This document shows, one piece after another, positions 49,088-59,635 of a stretch of DNA of 63,892 nt. Source of the stretch: Rhina ancylostomus (taxonomy: Eukaryota); assembly GCA_030265395.1 (NCBI GenBank), contig JARFYF010000017.1, positions 26,624,061 to 26,687,952 of the forward strand, read 5' to 3'. A program made the translations under genes and the position numbers. The notes below the pieces were generated by a model. It was given only the letters and a program-made list of their open reading frames with translations, was not told where the DNA came from and did no database searches. The stretch's first letter is position 1. Each line of letters begins with the position of its first letter.

Positions 49088-49125
49088 TCTGCTTCTGAGG
49101 TAGTCCCTCAGGGTTGAGGATAACT
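49088..49125 (-). mobile_element. RTE extreme 3' tail
   Basis: Reverse complement ATCCTCAACCCTGAGGGACTACCTCAGAAG matches the tails at ~16140 and ~41810. Confidence 0.5.
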
Positions 49126-49129
49126 AATG

Positions 49130-49460
49130 TCATAGAGTAAGATGGCATGGAAACAGGCCATTCAATCCAATTCATCCACACCCATCTAAGCGAATCTCAA
49201 TTGTCCACATTTGGCCCATATTCCTCTAAACTTTTCCGATCCATGTATCTGTCCAAGTGTCTTTCAAACATTGTTAATATTCCTGCCTCAACCACTTTCT
49301 CTGGCAGATCGTTCCATATACACACTACCCTCTGCATGAAGGAGTTGCCCCTCAGGTCTCTTTAAAATATTGCTAATCTCACCTTAAACCTATTCCCTCT
49401 CATTTTTTGATTCCCATTCCCTGGGAAAAAAGATGTGTGCATTCATCCGATCGATATGCA
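49130..49460 (-). mobile_element. CR1 3' end
   Basis: TCATAGAG...GGAAACAGGCCATTC...CTGCCTCAACCACTTTCTCTGGCAG. Confidence 0.85.
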
Positions 49461-49509
49461 TTCACCGACTTCTACTCCAGTTCTGTGAATTCTGAGCTGA
49501 GTCATGAGT

Positions 49510-50052
49510 CAAGTGTTGCTGGTTACATCATGATATGGTAGGGCAAATTGAATGTGCAGGAATATAAGAAGCTGCAGAGAGTAGTGAACTTGGCCCAAAA
49601 CTTCACTGGCACATCCCTCCCCAGCATCAGTAGTATCTACATGAAGTGCTGCCTCAAGAAAGCAACATCTATCATCAAAGATCCCCATTATCCAGGCAAT
49701 GCCATCTTCTTGCTGATACCATCAGGCAGGAGGTACAGAAGCTTGAAGTCCCACACAATCAGTTTCAAGAACAGCTACTTCCTTTCAACCAATTGGTTCT
49801 TGAACCAACTGGCACAACCCTAGTCACTGACTCAGTATAGCAACACTATGACCATTGATCACGTTGCACTACAATGGATCATTTTTTGTTCTAATTGTGT
49901 TCTTTCTTGTAAAAATTGTGCATAGTTAATGTTTCTCTTGTGAATGTTGTGTATGTGATGAATGTGCCTGTGATGCTGCTAGTAAGTTTTTTTATTGCAC
50001 CTGTGCATACATGTACTTGTACATATGACAATAAATTTGACCTTGACCTTGA
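49510..50052 (+). mobile_element. Rex1/Babar LINE 3' fragment
   Basis: ORF 49548-49823 KKLQRVVNLAQ...KKATSIIKDPHYPG..F.LIPSGRRYRSL...FKNSYF; tail CAATAAATTTGACCTTGACCTTGA. Confidence 0.88.
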
Positions 50053-50398
50053 TTCCACAAACTGTTACATGAGGTCAGATAGATCTTGTGTCAGGGCTAT
50101 TTGCATTTCTCAATGCTCCTTCTTCTGCTTGTACTTGGCCTCTGTGTTCTTCCTTCAGAGAGACTCAAAGTGCTCAGTGCCTTCTGGAATATTTTCCCAC
50201 CTGTTTGAACAGTCTTGGAACAGGTATTCCCATGAGTCGGTAAGGATATTCCTTTCTTTTGGGGAATACTGAGGACATCCTTGAAAGAATTGCTCTGAGA
50301 GCTAAAATGGATGATAACTGAATGGCCTCCTTCTCTATCATCATGAAATATGAGAAATATGAATGATGAACAGCTGAAATTGTAGGAGAGATCAAATC

Positions 50399-50440
50399 CC
50401 TTAATTTTAAAGTGAAATTCCTTAATTTTAAGGTGAAATT
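50399..50440. repeat. 21-bp tandem duplication, 2 copies
   Basis: CCTTAATTTTAARGTGAAATT twice, with one mismatch. Confidence 0.9.
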
Positions 50441-50814
50441 CAAAGCAAAGAAATAATGATGGATGGAGGTCAGAGATGGGCTTCTTTTATTCAGTACCAA
50501 ACATTTCCCTAAATCCCTCTTCCCATGCACCTGCAACCTCACCTCTGACAATAAGCACACACAGTCTATTTCACACTGAAATGGAGCCCCTGGGGCCTTC
50601 CCTCCTTCCCCACCTTCCAGATCTCTGCAGCCTAGCTCTGGACCATAAGCTTAGCTGATCCACATGTCCCACTTCTGCCAAACTCAATAAATATTTGACC
50701 TTCCTTAATCCAAGTGAGTATTTCTGCTCCCTTACAAAACAATCATCAAATCTCCTCCTCAAAGACATGCTCAAACCCTTAACTGGAAGTTATTGACAAA
50801 CTCTGAAATAGTTA

Positions 50815-51341
50815 GACTTTCTTAGGAGGTAAAGTAGATTCAGCTTGTCACCAAACACTCTAACAAACTTCTACAGATGTACTGTTGAAAGTCTCCTGAC
50901 TGGTTACATCATGGTCTGGTACAGCAGGTTGAGTGTGCAGGAATGTAAGAAATTGCAGAGAGTAGTGGACTCTGCCCAATACATCACAGGCATATCCGCC
51001 CAACCATCGGTAGTATCTACAGGAGGCACTGCCTCAAGAAGGCAACATCCATCATCAAAGGTCTCCTCCATAAGGGCCATGCCATCTTTTGGCAGCTACC
51101 ATGGGACAGGAGGTACAGAAACTTGAGGTTCCACACCACCAGATTCAAGAACAGCTACTTCCCTTCAACCATTTATTTCCTGAACCAACTGGCAAAACCC
51201 TAATCACCACTACAGTTCAGCAACACTATAACCAGACTGATTACTGCTTATATAATGCTAGGTGCTTGTGATGTTGCTGCAAGTAAGTTTTTCATTGCAC
51301 ATGTGCATACATGTACTTGTGCATATGACAAAAACTCGACT
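50815..51341 (+). mobile_element. Rex1/Babar LINE 3' fragment (second copy)
   Basis: ORF 50845 LTNFYRCTVESLLTGYIMVWY...KKLQRVVDSAQYITG; same 3' UTR as the first copy; runs into a gap. Confidence 0.88.
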
Positions 51342-51441
51342 NNNNNNNNNNNNNNNNNNNNNNNNNNNNNNNNNNNNNNNNNNNNNNNNNNNNNNNNNNN
51401 NNNNNNNNNNNNNNNNNNNNNNNNNNNNNNNNNNNNNNNNN

Positions 51442-51557
51442 ATTCCTTCCAGTTGCTGCCTGTGTTTGGTCCTGAGGAAGTATCCTGACTCCAGTCTTGT
51501 ACCAGTGTGCTGCATTTGCGTTCTCAGTGAGCTTGTTCTTTGCTCAACATTGTGACA
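51442..51557 (+). mobile_element. 3' part of an LTR of the same family as 45906-46279
   Basis: Near-identical to 46177-46279 apart from an ~13-nt indel; ends CATTGTGACA; its 5' part is lost in the gap. Confidence 0.7.
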
Positions 51558-51727
51558 CTTGCTGCAAGTTGAACCTCTGTTTCTCGCCTCTGTCTTATGA
51601 AGGTACAGGTCTGTAACCAGTAGGCTGCTGCTGCTAGTTTTCATCATGTGTGGAATTTAATGAACTTGAGCATCACCAAAGCTGTTCTGATCAAATCTCA
51701 GGCAGTAATCAAACCTCCAAAATGCTA

Positions 51728-51835
51728 TCTTCATAGGCAGTCCCTTTAGATTGAACATGCTTTAATTCCACTCCAGGTTTGTGGCTTTTGAGGTGACTAA
51801 TGAGGCCAATATGGGAACTACAAACTTTTGCTGAT
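51728..51835 (-). mobile_element. RTE 3' tail
   Basis: TAGGCAGTCCCT...TTCCACTCC...TGAGGCCAATATGGGA. Confidence 0.6.
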
Positions 51836-52824
51836 GACGGTAACATTTCGTCAAAAGGACCATGTACAAACTGCATCCTAGAAATTGAAGTTCACTTCTT
51901 TGCAGACTTCCCTGAATTGGCTTCTGTCCTCTTTACTGCTTTTGTGTTCTTGCCTTGCTTTCAATGGCAAATTCCTGAAACTCAGAATCAATTATATGAA
52001 AGACCTGTGTCTGCATTGCTCAAATTGACCAATTAGTTTTTTGTTAATCCTCAACCTACCTACCTTTGCCAAGAGGAGTCTATTGCAGTGAATCCTAAAA
52101 GTGTGACTTGGGATGTCCTTCCAACATGCTGTCAATTTCAGCTGTTTTCCACTCCTCTCCCTGCTCTCAAATTCACACTTTTCTTGATAATAAAATCCAG
52201 CCCAAACTAAGCAAAGTACTAAACTAATTAATAATCATAGAAGTTCAGAAAAGACCCAAATCCCTTGCTACATATGTTTAAAATTTAGTGACTGAGGCTT
52301 CTATTTTAATGCTTTTGTCTTCAAATAAAGTCACTCTTTAACCAGTGAAGGAGAGACCAAAGTGAATCCTAATTTCACCTTAAATCAAGTCATGGTTGAC
52401 TGTGCCAAAAGCTTGCCTTGGGTCAGCAACAAAAACATTCTCATAAGTTCAGCACGGGCATCAGCAGTGAGCTATCTATCAAAAACATCAAACAATGATG
52501 TACAGGAACAGTTGCAGGTCCTCAAGTGAACTTGGGTACATGTTATCATTGCTTTTTGCCAAATAAAAATCAGGCTGGCAATGACAGCCTTCTTAAGAAC
52601 TTACATAACAATAGTAATAAGAATTATGGGTTTATAATCAACATGAAATGTCAGATTCTTAACTATTAATTGTTTTGTTTTGCTTTGCTGGCCAACTTTT
52701 TTTTAAAAAACTGGCTTGTGGTGTTAGAAGTGCATTTACAGTTTTCTCTTTTATATAAGCAATAAATGATGTACTGCATCGTTCAAAATCAAACTCTCCA
52801 GGTGTCTTCAAGAAAGAAATAAAA

Positions 52825-53022
52825 GTAAGACTCGCACTAACATTGTGCCTTATTCAGCCTCATATCATCCCTGAGCACTTTACAGCCTATAAATGATAAT
52901 CAACTTAGATACTGCTAGCTCCCACAAATAGTAATGTGATAATGACCAGACTAACTCTTTGCCAAGACACCAGGAATAGCTCCACTGTTCTCCTTCGAAA
53001 TAGTGTAATGGGACCTTTTACA
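52825..53022 (-). mobile_element. Deu-domain SINE fragment
   Basis: GCTCCCACAAATAGTAATGTGATAATGACCAGA...CTTCGAAATAGTG, similar to 9835-10240. Confidence 0.65.
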
Positions 53023-54197
53023 ATGTTAATTGTGCAGCTAGTTCTAGCTGGATGCAGCAATCATGGAAATAGCAAACAAGGAAAAGTTAGAGCACTGTCC
53101 TTTCCTAGTCTCATGGGTTGTTGTGAATTCTTCCCCCTGATTTCATACAGAAATTTTGGAAAGAAATGTGCATGTGTGGAACTTCTGAACATCTTACCTT
53201 TTAGCTTCCATAATGAGGTTGATGGAGAGAGTGTATGCTCAAGTCGCACAAAGTGAGATCCTTGGTTTTATTCCTAGGTTGTTCTGAGTTAAATGATCTG
53301 AATAACAGTGAAACCTTAATTGTTCATGCATTCAGGAGAAGGAAAAATTATCAGCGCCAATTCCCAAACCTTTCTTGGAAAGTACAAGTATTAATGAGAG
53401 GGAATAAGAAAGAGAACAAGCTGCAATGTCCCTAGGATGCTCCTTGTCTGTGGATACACAAATACTGGCCCTCTGAGTGAGGCACTGAACACAGCCAAGG
53501 AACTCCACTCCGGCATGTTGTTAAAGCTTTTGTGGGTGAGGAGNNNNNNNNNNNNNNNNNNNNNNNNNNNNNNNNNNNNNNNNNNNNNNNNNNNNNNNNN
53601 NNNNNNNNNNNNNNNNNNNNNNNNNNNNNNNNNNNNNNNNNNNTAAGAGTGTCATAAGAATTCCAGTTTTCTAGTCCCCACTCTACATCATCCCAGTCCA
53701 CCCCCACTGTGTGTGGTTTCAAATATCTCTACTTCCAGTCTAGAAGCAGCCCAAATTAATGGAAGTTAGGGGGCACTGGTACCTAGGCAGCCACCAGCAA
53801 TGCAATCCATGCCCCTGTTCTGTTGTAGATATGGTTGAAGCAGGTGGAAAATTTCAGTGAAGGTATCTTGACTGAAGAGCAAACCTCACTCACATCCTTG
53901 TTGAGACTCAGAATTACTCCCTAAACCACCCAGCCAGGTCTGGCCTTCTACTGAATGGTCTTCCCTTCACCCCAACTCCCCACCCCTCTTCTTCTTGAAG
54001 CTTGTAATCCATTCTCCCAGAAGCATTAAATGTGTCCATTCTCAATTTAACATATCACTTAACTTGTGATTTACCTTTGGATGATAAAAAAAGTCATAAG
54101 CCAGATGAAGTGAATATTTGCTGCTTACCAAAAGAAGAAAAATCTAGAAAAATAGCTGTAATCATTGTTAATGCACAAATCAGGATTCCTCTTGACC

Positions 54198-54325
54198 CTC
54201 CTGATGCAGGGTTTTAACTCAAAATGTTGACAGCTTCTTCCCCCTGCCTCCCTCCACAGATGCTGCCTGACCCATTGAGGTTGTATGTTGCTCCAGATTC
54301 CAGCATCTGCAGTCTCGTGTTTTCC
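54198..54325 (+). mobile_element. Penelope-like terminal repeat
   Basis: CTGATGCAGGGT...CCACAGATGCTGCCTGACCC...GATTCCAGCATCTGCAGTC. Confidence 0.75.
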
Positions 54326-56115
54326 TCTTGACATCATTGGCACTACATCTGAAACTCAAACTAACAAAGCATATGCACAGTCACTCCAAAAAACTGAGGC
54401 TCAGTCATTTCTGTTCACAATCCACACACGACTTAAAATGCTACTGTAGCATGCAGCCAAGGACATACACAAGAACTTAATGTGCCAGTGTCTTGAGGGG
54501 CAGTTCATCATCTTTAATGTTAGGGGGTGATATTGTGCACACCTGCATCCTGTTACACACTTGATTGGGGAGAAGGGGGAAATGATGCCCAGTTTGCCTT
54601 TCTCTGAATCCTCTGAATAGATCAAAATCATTTAAAGGCACGATGGAAGGGCCCACTTCCAATGGACCCATTGTCAAAGGATTAAGTTAGCACCAGTTCT
54701 ATGAATGCTTGTTAAGTGGATGGGGCTACATTGGGAGAATGATACAGTATGCTCATCTATCTTCATGTTTTGCCACAGATTGGTAAGATCTTGTTTGGAT
54801 GATAATTACTTGTAGTCATCAAACATCGGTTGTACTATTCAAGAGGTGACAGTGTACATCAAGAACCAGGCCTACAAGTAAGTAAGAAGAACTATTGCTA
54901 CCCGTGGGCTTTTTTGACACCAGGACAACAGTTACACCTATTTATAATCAATGAACTGAAAATGTAAATCTAGGAGTTAGGTTGCTCCACTATCTGTTAG
55001 GATGGGGATTATAAAAGGGGATGAAAAAGAATAAGGAGGCATTGGTTATAAAATATGGCAGAACAATTTGCAATGTGAACTGGAAGACAGCCAGCAATCA
55101 TTATTCCAAAGCAAGAAAGAGCTTCAAAACAAAGAATCATCTGGTCACACATCAGATCAGCCTGAACTTTAACAGAAACTTGAAATCCCTTCAGGGCTTT
55201 GCATCTGTGTGCTGTCAATACTCAGTTAATTTTACTGTTTCTTTACCACGTGTGATAGGGACAGATGTGAACTGAATCAAAGGCAGAATTCATTGTAGGC
55301 TCTTTCTGATGTTACACAGGGTAAGATTATTTGGCATTAGTTTTTTATATGACTAAGATATGGCACTTCATGATTATGGTGATGATTAAGGACAAAAAGA
55401 AATTGCTGTCCGATGGTTTAGTTTGGTTATCACAGAATGTGCAAATGGGAACAAGGAAGTCAGGTGGGAAATCTCATGTTATAGTTGTCCAATTCATGCA
55501 GCTTACAATCTGTCAACTGCCCTTCAATGATCTAGTACAAAACTTGTAAGCACACATTTTAAATATTAACAAGTCAAAGAACACATTATCTGGCAACAGG
55601 GTGGTCAGACAGCTTTCAATTTCTGCTTGGCAAATTCTTTAACACCGTGCATTTGTATGGGGAAAGTTTGTGTGACCATAGGGAAAGTGCAGTGGATAAA
55701 TTGAATAGTTCAATGAAAGAGCTGGTAATGGAACAATGGACTGAAATGAGATCATTGGTGTTTTTTATTTAGTTCTATGAAAACAACTGAGATTATTCCA
55801 AATTTGCTTGTGAAAAATGATTTGTGCACTCTGCCCAGTGGAGCATGTCCAATGGAGATTAGGCTAATTGCAGACTTTAAAGAAGTTCTTAAATGGAGAA
55901 CTGCATGAATTTTCACAGGAAGATATTTTTAAAGTAAATTTCCCAGTTTTGAGATCAATATTAATGAATTTTTTTTTATTGTTGTTGCATTTTCGCTATT
56001 TATTTGGTATCAAGGAGTGCCAGCTGCGGTGTGTGGTAGACTGTTGTTAGATGGACTTTTTAAAATTTAAGGCAGGGTAATACTTTAGTCAAATTTAATT
56101 AGAAATAATGTCATG

Positions 56116-56783
56116 TTATACTTGCACATATTGTCCATCTGTCATACTAGAGACGTCAAACACTGACATTATACTTTGTTGATTGGTTTAGTCTCTTCTT
56201 GCACTAGTTAAACCATTAAGATTTGTCCATTTGAATGGACTCTGATGAGTTCTGGAATTTGATATCAGTATGAGCTTTCACTATTCTTAAAAATCTTGCA
56301 TTTTGTGTACTTCTTGTCAAATGTGTTCATTGGAAATAATCGTCTTCACATTTATAATGGAACCTACCTGGAAATCTTTGTCATTTACCATCCTGCTGCT
56401 GGTGGTATCTCACTGCTTCAGTTTTATATCTTCCAACATTTTACATTCAAAGGGGAACACTTACCTTCCACTACCTCTCTAACTCTGCTCCCTAATTTGA
56501 TGTACATTTTGAAACTACCTGTAAATAATAGTACCACAAAAACATACTTCCTGGAAGAAAGGACAGACTATGTAATATAAAAACTGAACAGTTACATTTT
56601 ATTGCCAGCAAGGTCTTGTGCCAGCTAGCCATGCTTCAGTTGAAGGTGATACTTGGTCCTAACTGCATATAGGCTCTGCCATGGGAGACTGCCTATTTAT
56701 AAGATGAGAACTTTATACTTACACATGCTTTACATCTGTCATACTTGAGGTATCACGCGATGATGTTACACTTTGTTGATTGG
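56116..56783 (+). repeat. Diverged 71-bp direct repeat (56116-56186 and 56713-56783)
   Basis: Ungapped manual alignment gives 55/71 identical. Confidence 0.8.
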
Positions 56784-58037
56784 CTCAAAGCAAAACACAG
56801 GAAATTAAAACTGATGGGCTATGAAAATTACAAATCAGAAGTATAGAAAGCAGTTGGAAGACTAACAATGAATAAACTACTATGAGCTTATGAAAACAAA
56901 TCAATTCCAAATGGTTAATCAAAAAAAACTAAAAGAGAAAAAGAATCACTAATCAAAATACATCTTGAAATTTTTGTCTGCCATTTTTTCCTAGTCTCCA
57001 TACAAAAAGCTCAACTATTATAGAGCCATATTTAAATAAAAATATAAAAATATGTGTTTTATAAAAATGCATTGAACCTACTTTAATATCTACTTCTGAA
57101 CAATTTTATTGATGCTTTAACTGGGAGGCCTCAGACTTTCCGAAAAACCAAGGTTTACAGTCAATATGTTTTGCCATATCTATCACTTTGTCAGCTTAGT
57201 GGAGCTGTCATCTTCACCCTTGCTTGCAATTCCCAGGATTCTGCTGGTTGAACATATGGAGAATATTTCAGAATCCATCAGTCTGATTATGCTGTTGCAA
57301 CTGCTCTTGTTCTACCAAGATTTCTGATCACAGAAGATTGAGGACCAGTGACCCTAATTTACAATTCTATTTTAGCAGACGAACACAGCATCTTCTCCTC
57401 TAGACCTTAACCCAAGCAATTTTTGCTTGGTGTAGGGAAGTATTTAAGTAGCTTTGGTGTAACAACTACTGCCAGGATGGTGCCTCTTATCCAACTTAGA
57501 AAACTTAATGATCAATACCTTTGTTACTCCTGGCCTATGACAAGTCAAATGTTGCACCTTCCTCACAATCCTTTTGCACAAGGCAAAATGTAGCTGTTAC
57601 GTCTTTCCACAGGACCTGTAAAATATCTGCCAACGAGAACTTTCAGTGCTAAAAACTGAGTAGATTGTGAAGGCTACAGGCTCCCTATGAGATCCCAGCA
57701 GTTACTATAACTGTCAGGGCGTACATTTACTTCTCCTGTCTGCTATGAATAACTGGCAATCTCTGGGGATTAAAATTCTATGGTAACTATTAGGTGACCA
57801 TGCCCAACAGTTCATTGATAAACATCTTGATATTGTTGGCTATGACAACTAGATATGTACAGGAGACCTTTCAGAACTTTTAACTCACACTACTCGAGTC
57901 ACTCCTCTAGGTCTTGCAAATATAGATTTTCAATAACAAGCTAGACTCAGGTAATGTGAGGGGAATAATTTGATGCCAAGTACAAATATATATATTTTCT
58001 TGGATGTCCAGAAAAAGGATTTTAAATCTATGATGAA

Positions 58038-58220
58038 AGATGAAATATGTGGATGTTGTAAACCTGAAAGGTAAATAGTAAATCCTAGAAATACTGAGGA
58101 GGTCAGGTGGCAGAAGTGGAGAGAGAAACAGTTAATTCATTGTGTCCATGGCCTCTGGTCAGAAGTGGAAAATATTACAGATACAATAGTTTTAGACAAG
58201 CACTGTGGCAGGGAAAGGGC
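58038..58220 (-). mobile_element. Penelope-like terminal repeat, decayed
   Basis: GAAATACTGAGGAGGTCAGG...GTGGAGAGAGAAACAGTTAA...GTCAGAAGTGGAAAA. Confidence 0.6.
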
Positions 58221-58221
58221 A

Positions 58222-58432
58222 TTGTTTCGCTAGTTGAAGCATTGTATGCAAATAACATCTGTTGGACTTGGCATTTCCTTCACTGCGTTGACTTTTGCTG
58301 AATCTGATTTCAGACCAACTCTGGTGACCGTGACCTACGAAGGAGACTTCCTTCATTTGGAACTTCAAATTTTGCTTGAACAGCTTCATTGCTTCTCCAT
58401 ACACATGCTCATCAGGGCTCTCCTGTGAGAGG
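58222..58432 (-). mobile_element. Gypsy pol (RT C-terminal) fragment, frameshifted
   Basis: Minus strand reads KQNLKFQMKEVSFVGH, then in another frame VTRVGLKSDSAKVNAVKEMPSPTDV, the Gypsy EVxFLGH..GLKPDPxKVxAIxxMPxP signature. Confidence 0.75.
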
Positions 58433-58549
58433 CTTTGTCACTAAGCTGACAAAGTGATAGATATGGCAAAGCATATTGACTGTAAACCTTGTTTTTTCGG
58501 AAAGTCTGAGGTCTCCAAGTTAAAGTATCAATAAAATTGTTCAAGCCTT

Positions 58550-58805
58550 TCCTGTTATCATTCACTCTACCTGTAGACCCATCTTTTGTTGCCTGTTCTA
58601 TTTTACTTCTGTCTTGCTATGAACCATCACCCCTTTCATTATTTATCTTCCCCTACCTCCCACCCCATCCAAATCCTTCCTCTCCTTTCTTTCCATCACC
58701 CCTCTCTCCCTGCTTCTGCAACTATTACATCTGCAACATTTTCCAGTTCTAATGGGAAATCACAGCCTTAAAAATGTTGGCTGTGTTTCTTCCCATTCAT
58801 ACCTA
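58550..58805 (+). mobile_element. Penelope-like terminal repeat, decayed
   Basis: C/T-rich stretch followed by TTTTCCAGTTCTAATG...AAATGTTGGCTGTGTTTC. Confidence 0.5.
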
Positions 58806-59329
58806 TGATTTGTTTGCAGTAGCAGAATGTTTATCTTGCCACTTTTGCTAAAGTGAAGTCTGAAGGGGAGAATTACTTAATCCTTAGTGACATAAAATTC
58901 AGTGTGCACTTATTTTACCATATTTTGCAGAAACTTATGTTCATAGGATTCTGTAACGTCTTGATAAACAAAACAAAACTGAAAATCCTCTGCATTTATT
59001 GCACTACATTTGCTAATCACAAAGTGGTCCCCTCTGCATTTGAGGAGACTGAACATAGACCTTGCAGAACACCTCCATTAATTCGTGAACATGACCCAAG
59101 CTACTGTATGCTCCACATCTTGATTCTCCACTCCAGTAGTACTTTGACTTCTCTGCACTCTTTCTTACACTGTACTTTCGAAGCTCAGTGGAAGTTCATG
59201 CAACATCGCCTCATCTTTCAATTAAGCACATTACAGCCTTCGGCAAAACAACTTCAATAATTTCAGGTCATAACCACCAATCTCATTTTTTTCAGATGGG
59301 GCTTGCTGTAATTAACCTGCTTCTCCTAC

Positions 59330-59635
59330 TTAAGCCTCCTCTCAATCCATTCACCATCACAGCACCATCCTCTTTTTGTCTTGCATCATCAATCTTTTGT
59401 GTTATGTAATCTCTCCTGCTTTCCACACAAACTTTCCTCTCAGCTGCACTATTCCCTGCTCAGTATTTCCTCAAAACCTTTGCATTCCTGATTTTTTTTG
59501 AAACAGTTCTGAAGAAAGGTCATCCGCCTAACACAACTCTATAACTTTCAATGCATATACAGCCTGAACTGTTGAATTTCACCAGAGTTTTCTGTCTTTA
59601 TTTCAGATTTCCAGGTTCTGCAGTATTTGATTTTG
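59330..59635 (+). mobile_element. Penelope-like terminal repeat
   Basis: CAGTTCTGAAGAAAGGTCA...TTTTCTGTCTTTATTTCAGATTTCCAGGTTCTGCAGTATTT. Confidence 0.7.

Larger units (their letters stand above)
57097..58543. repeat. 105-bp inverted repeat (57097-57201 and 58439-58543)
   Basis: Manual alignment gives 100/105 identical, ungapped. Confidence 0.95.
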
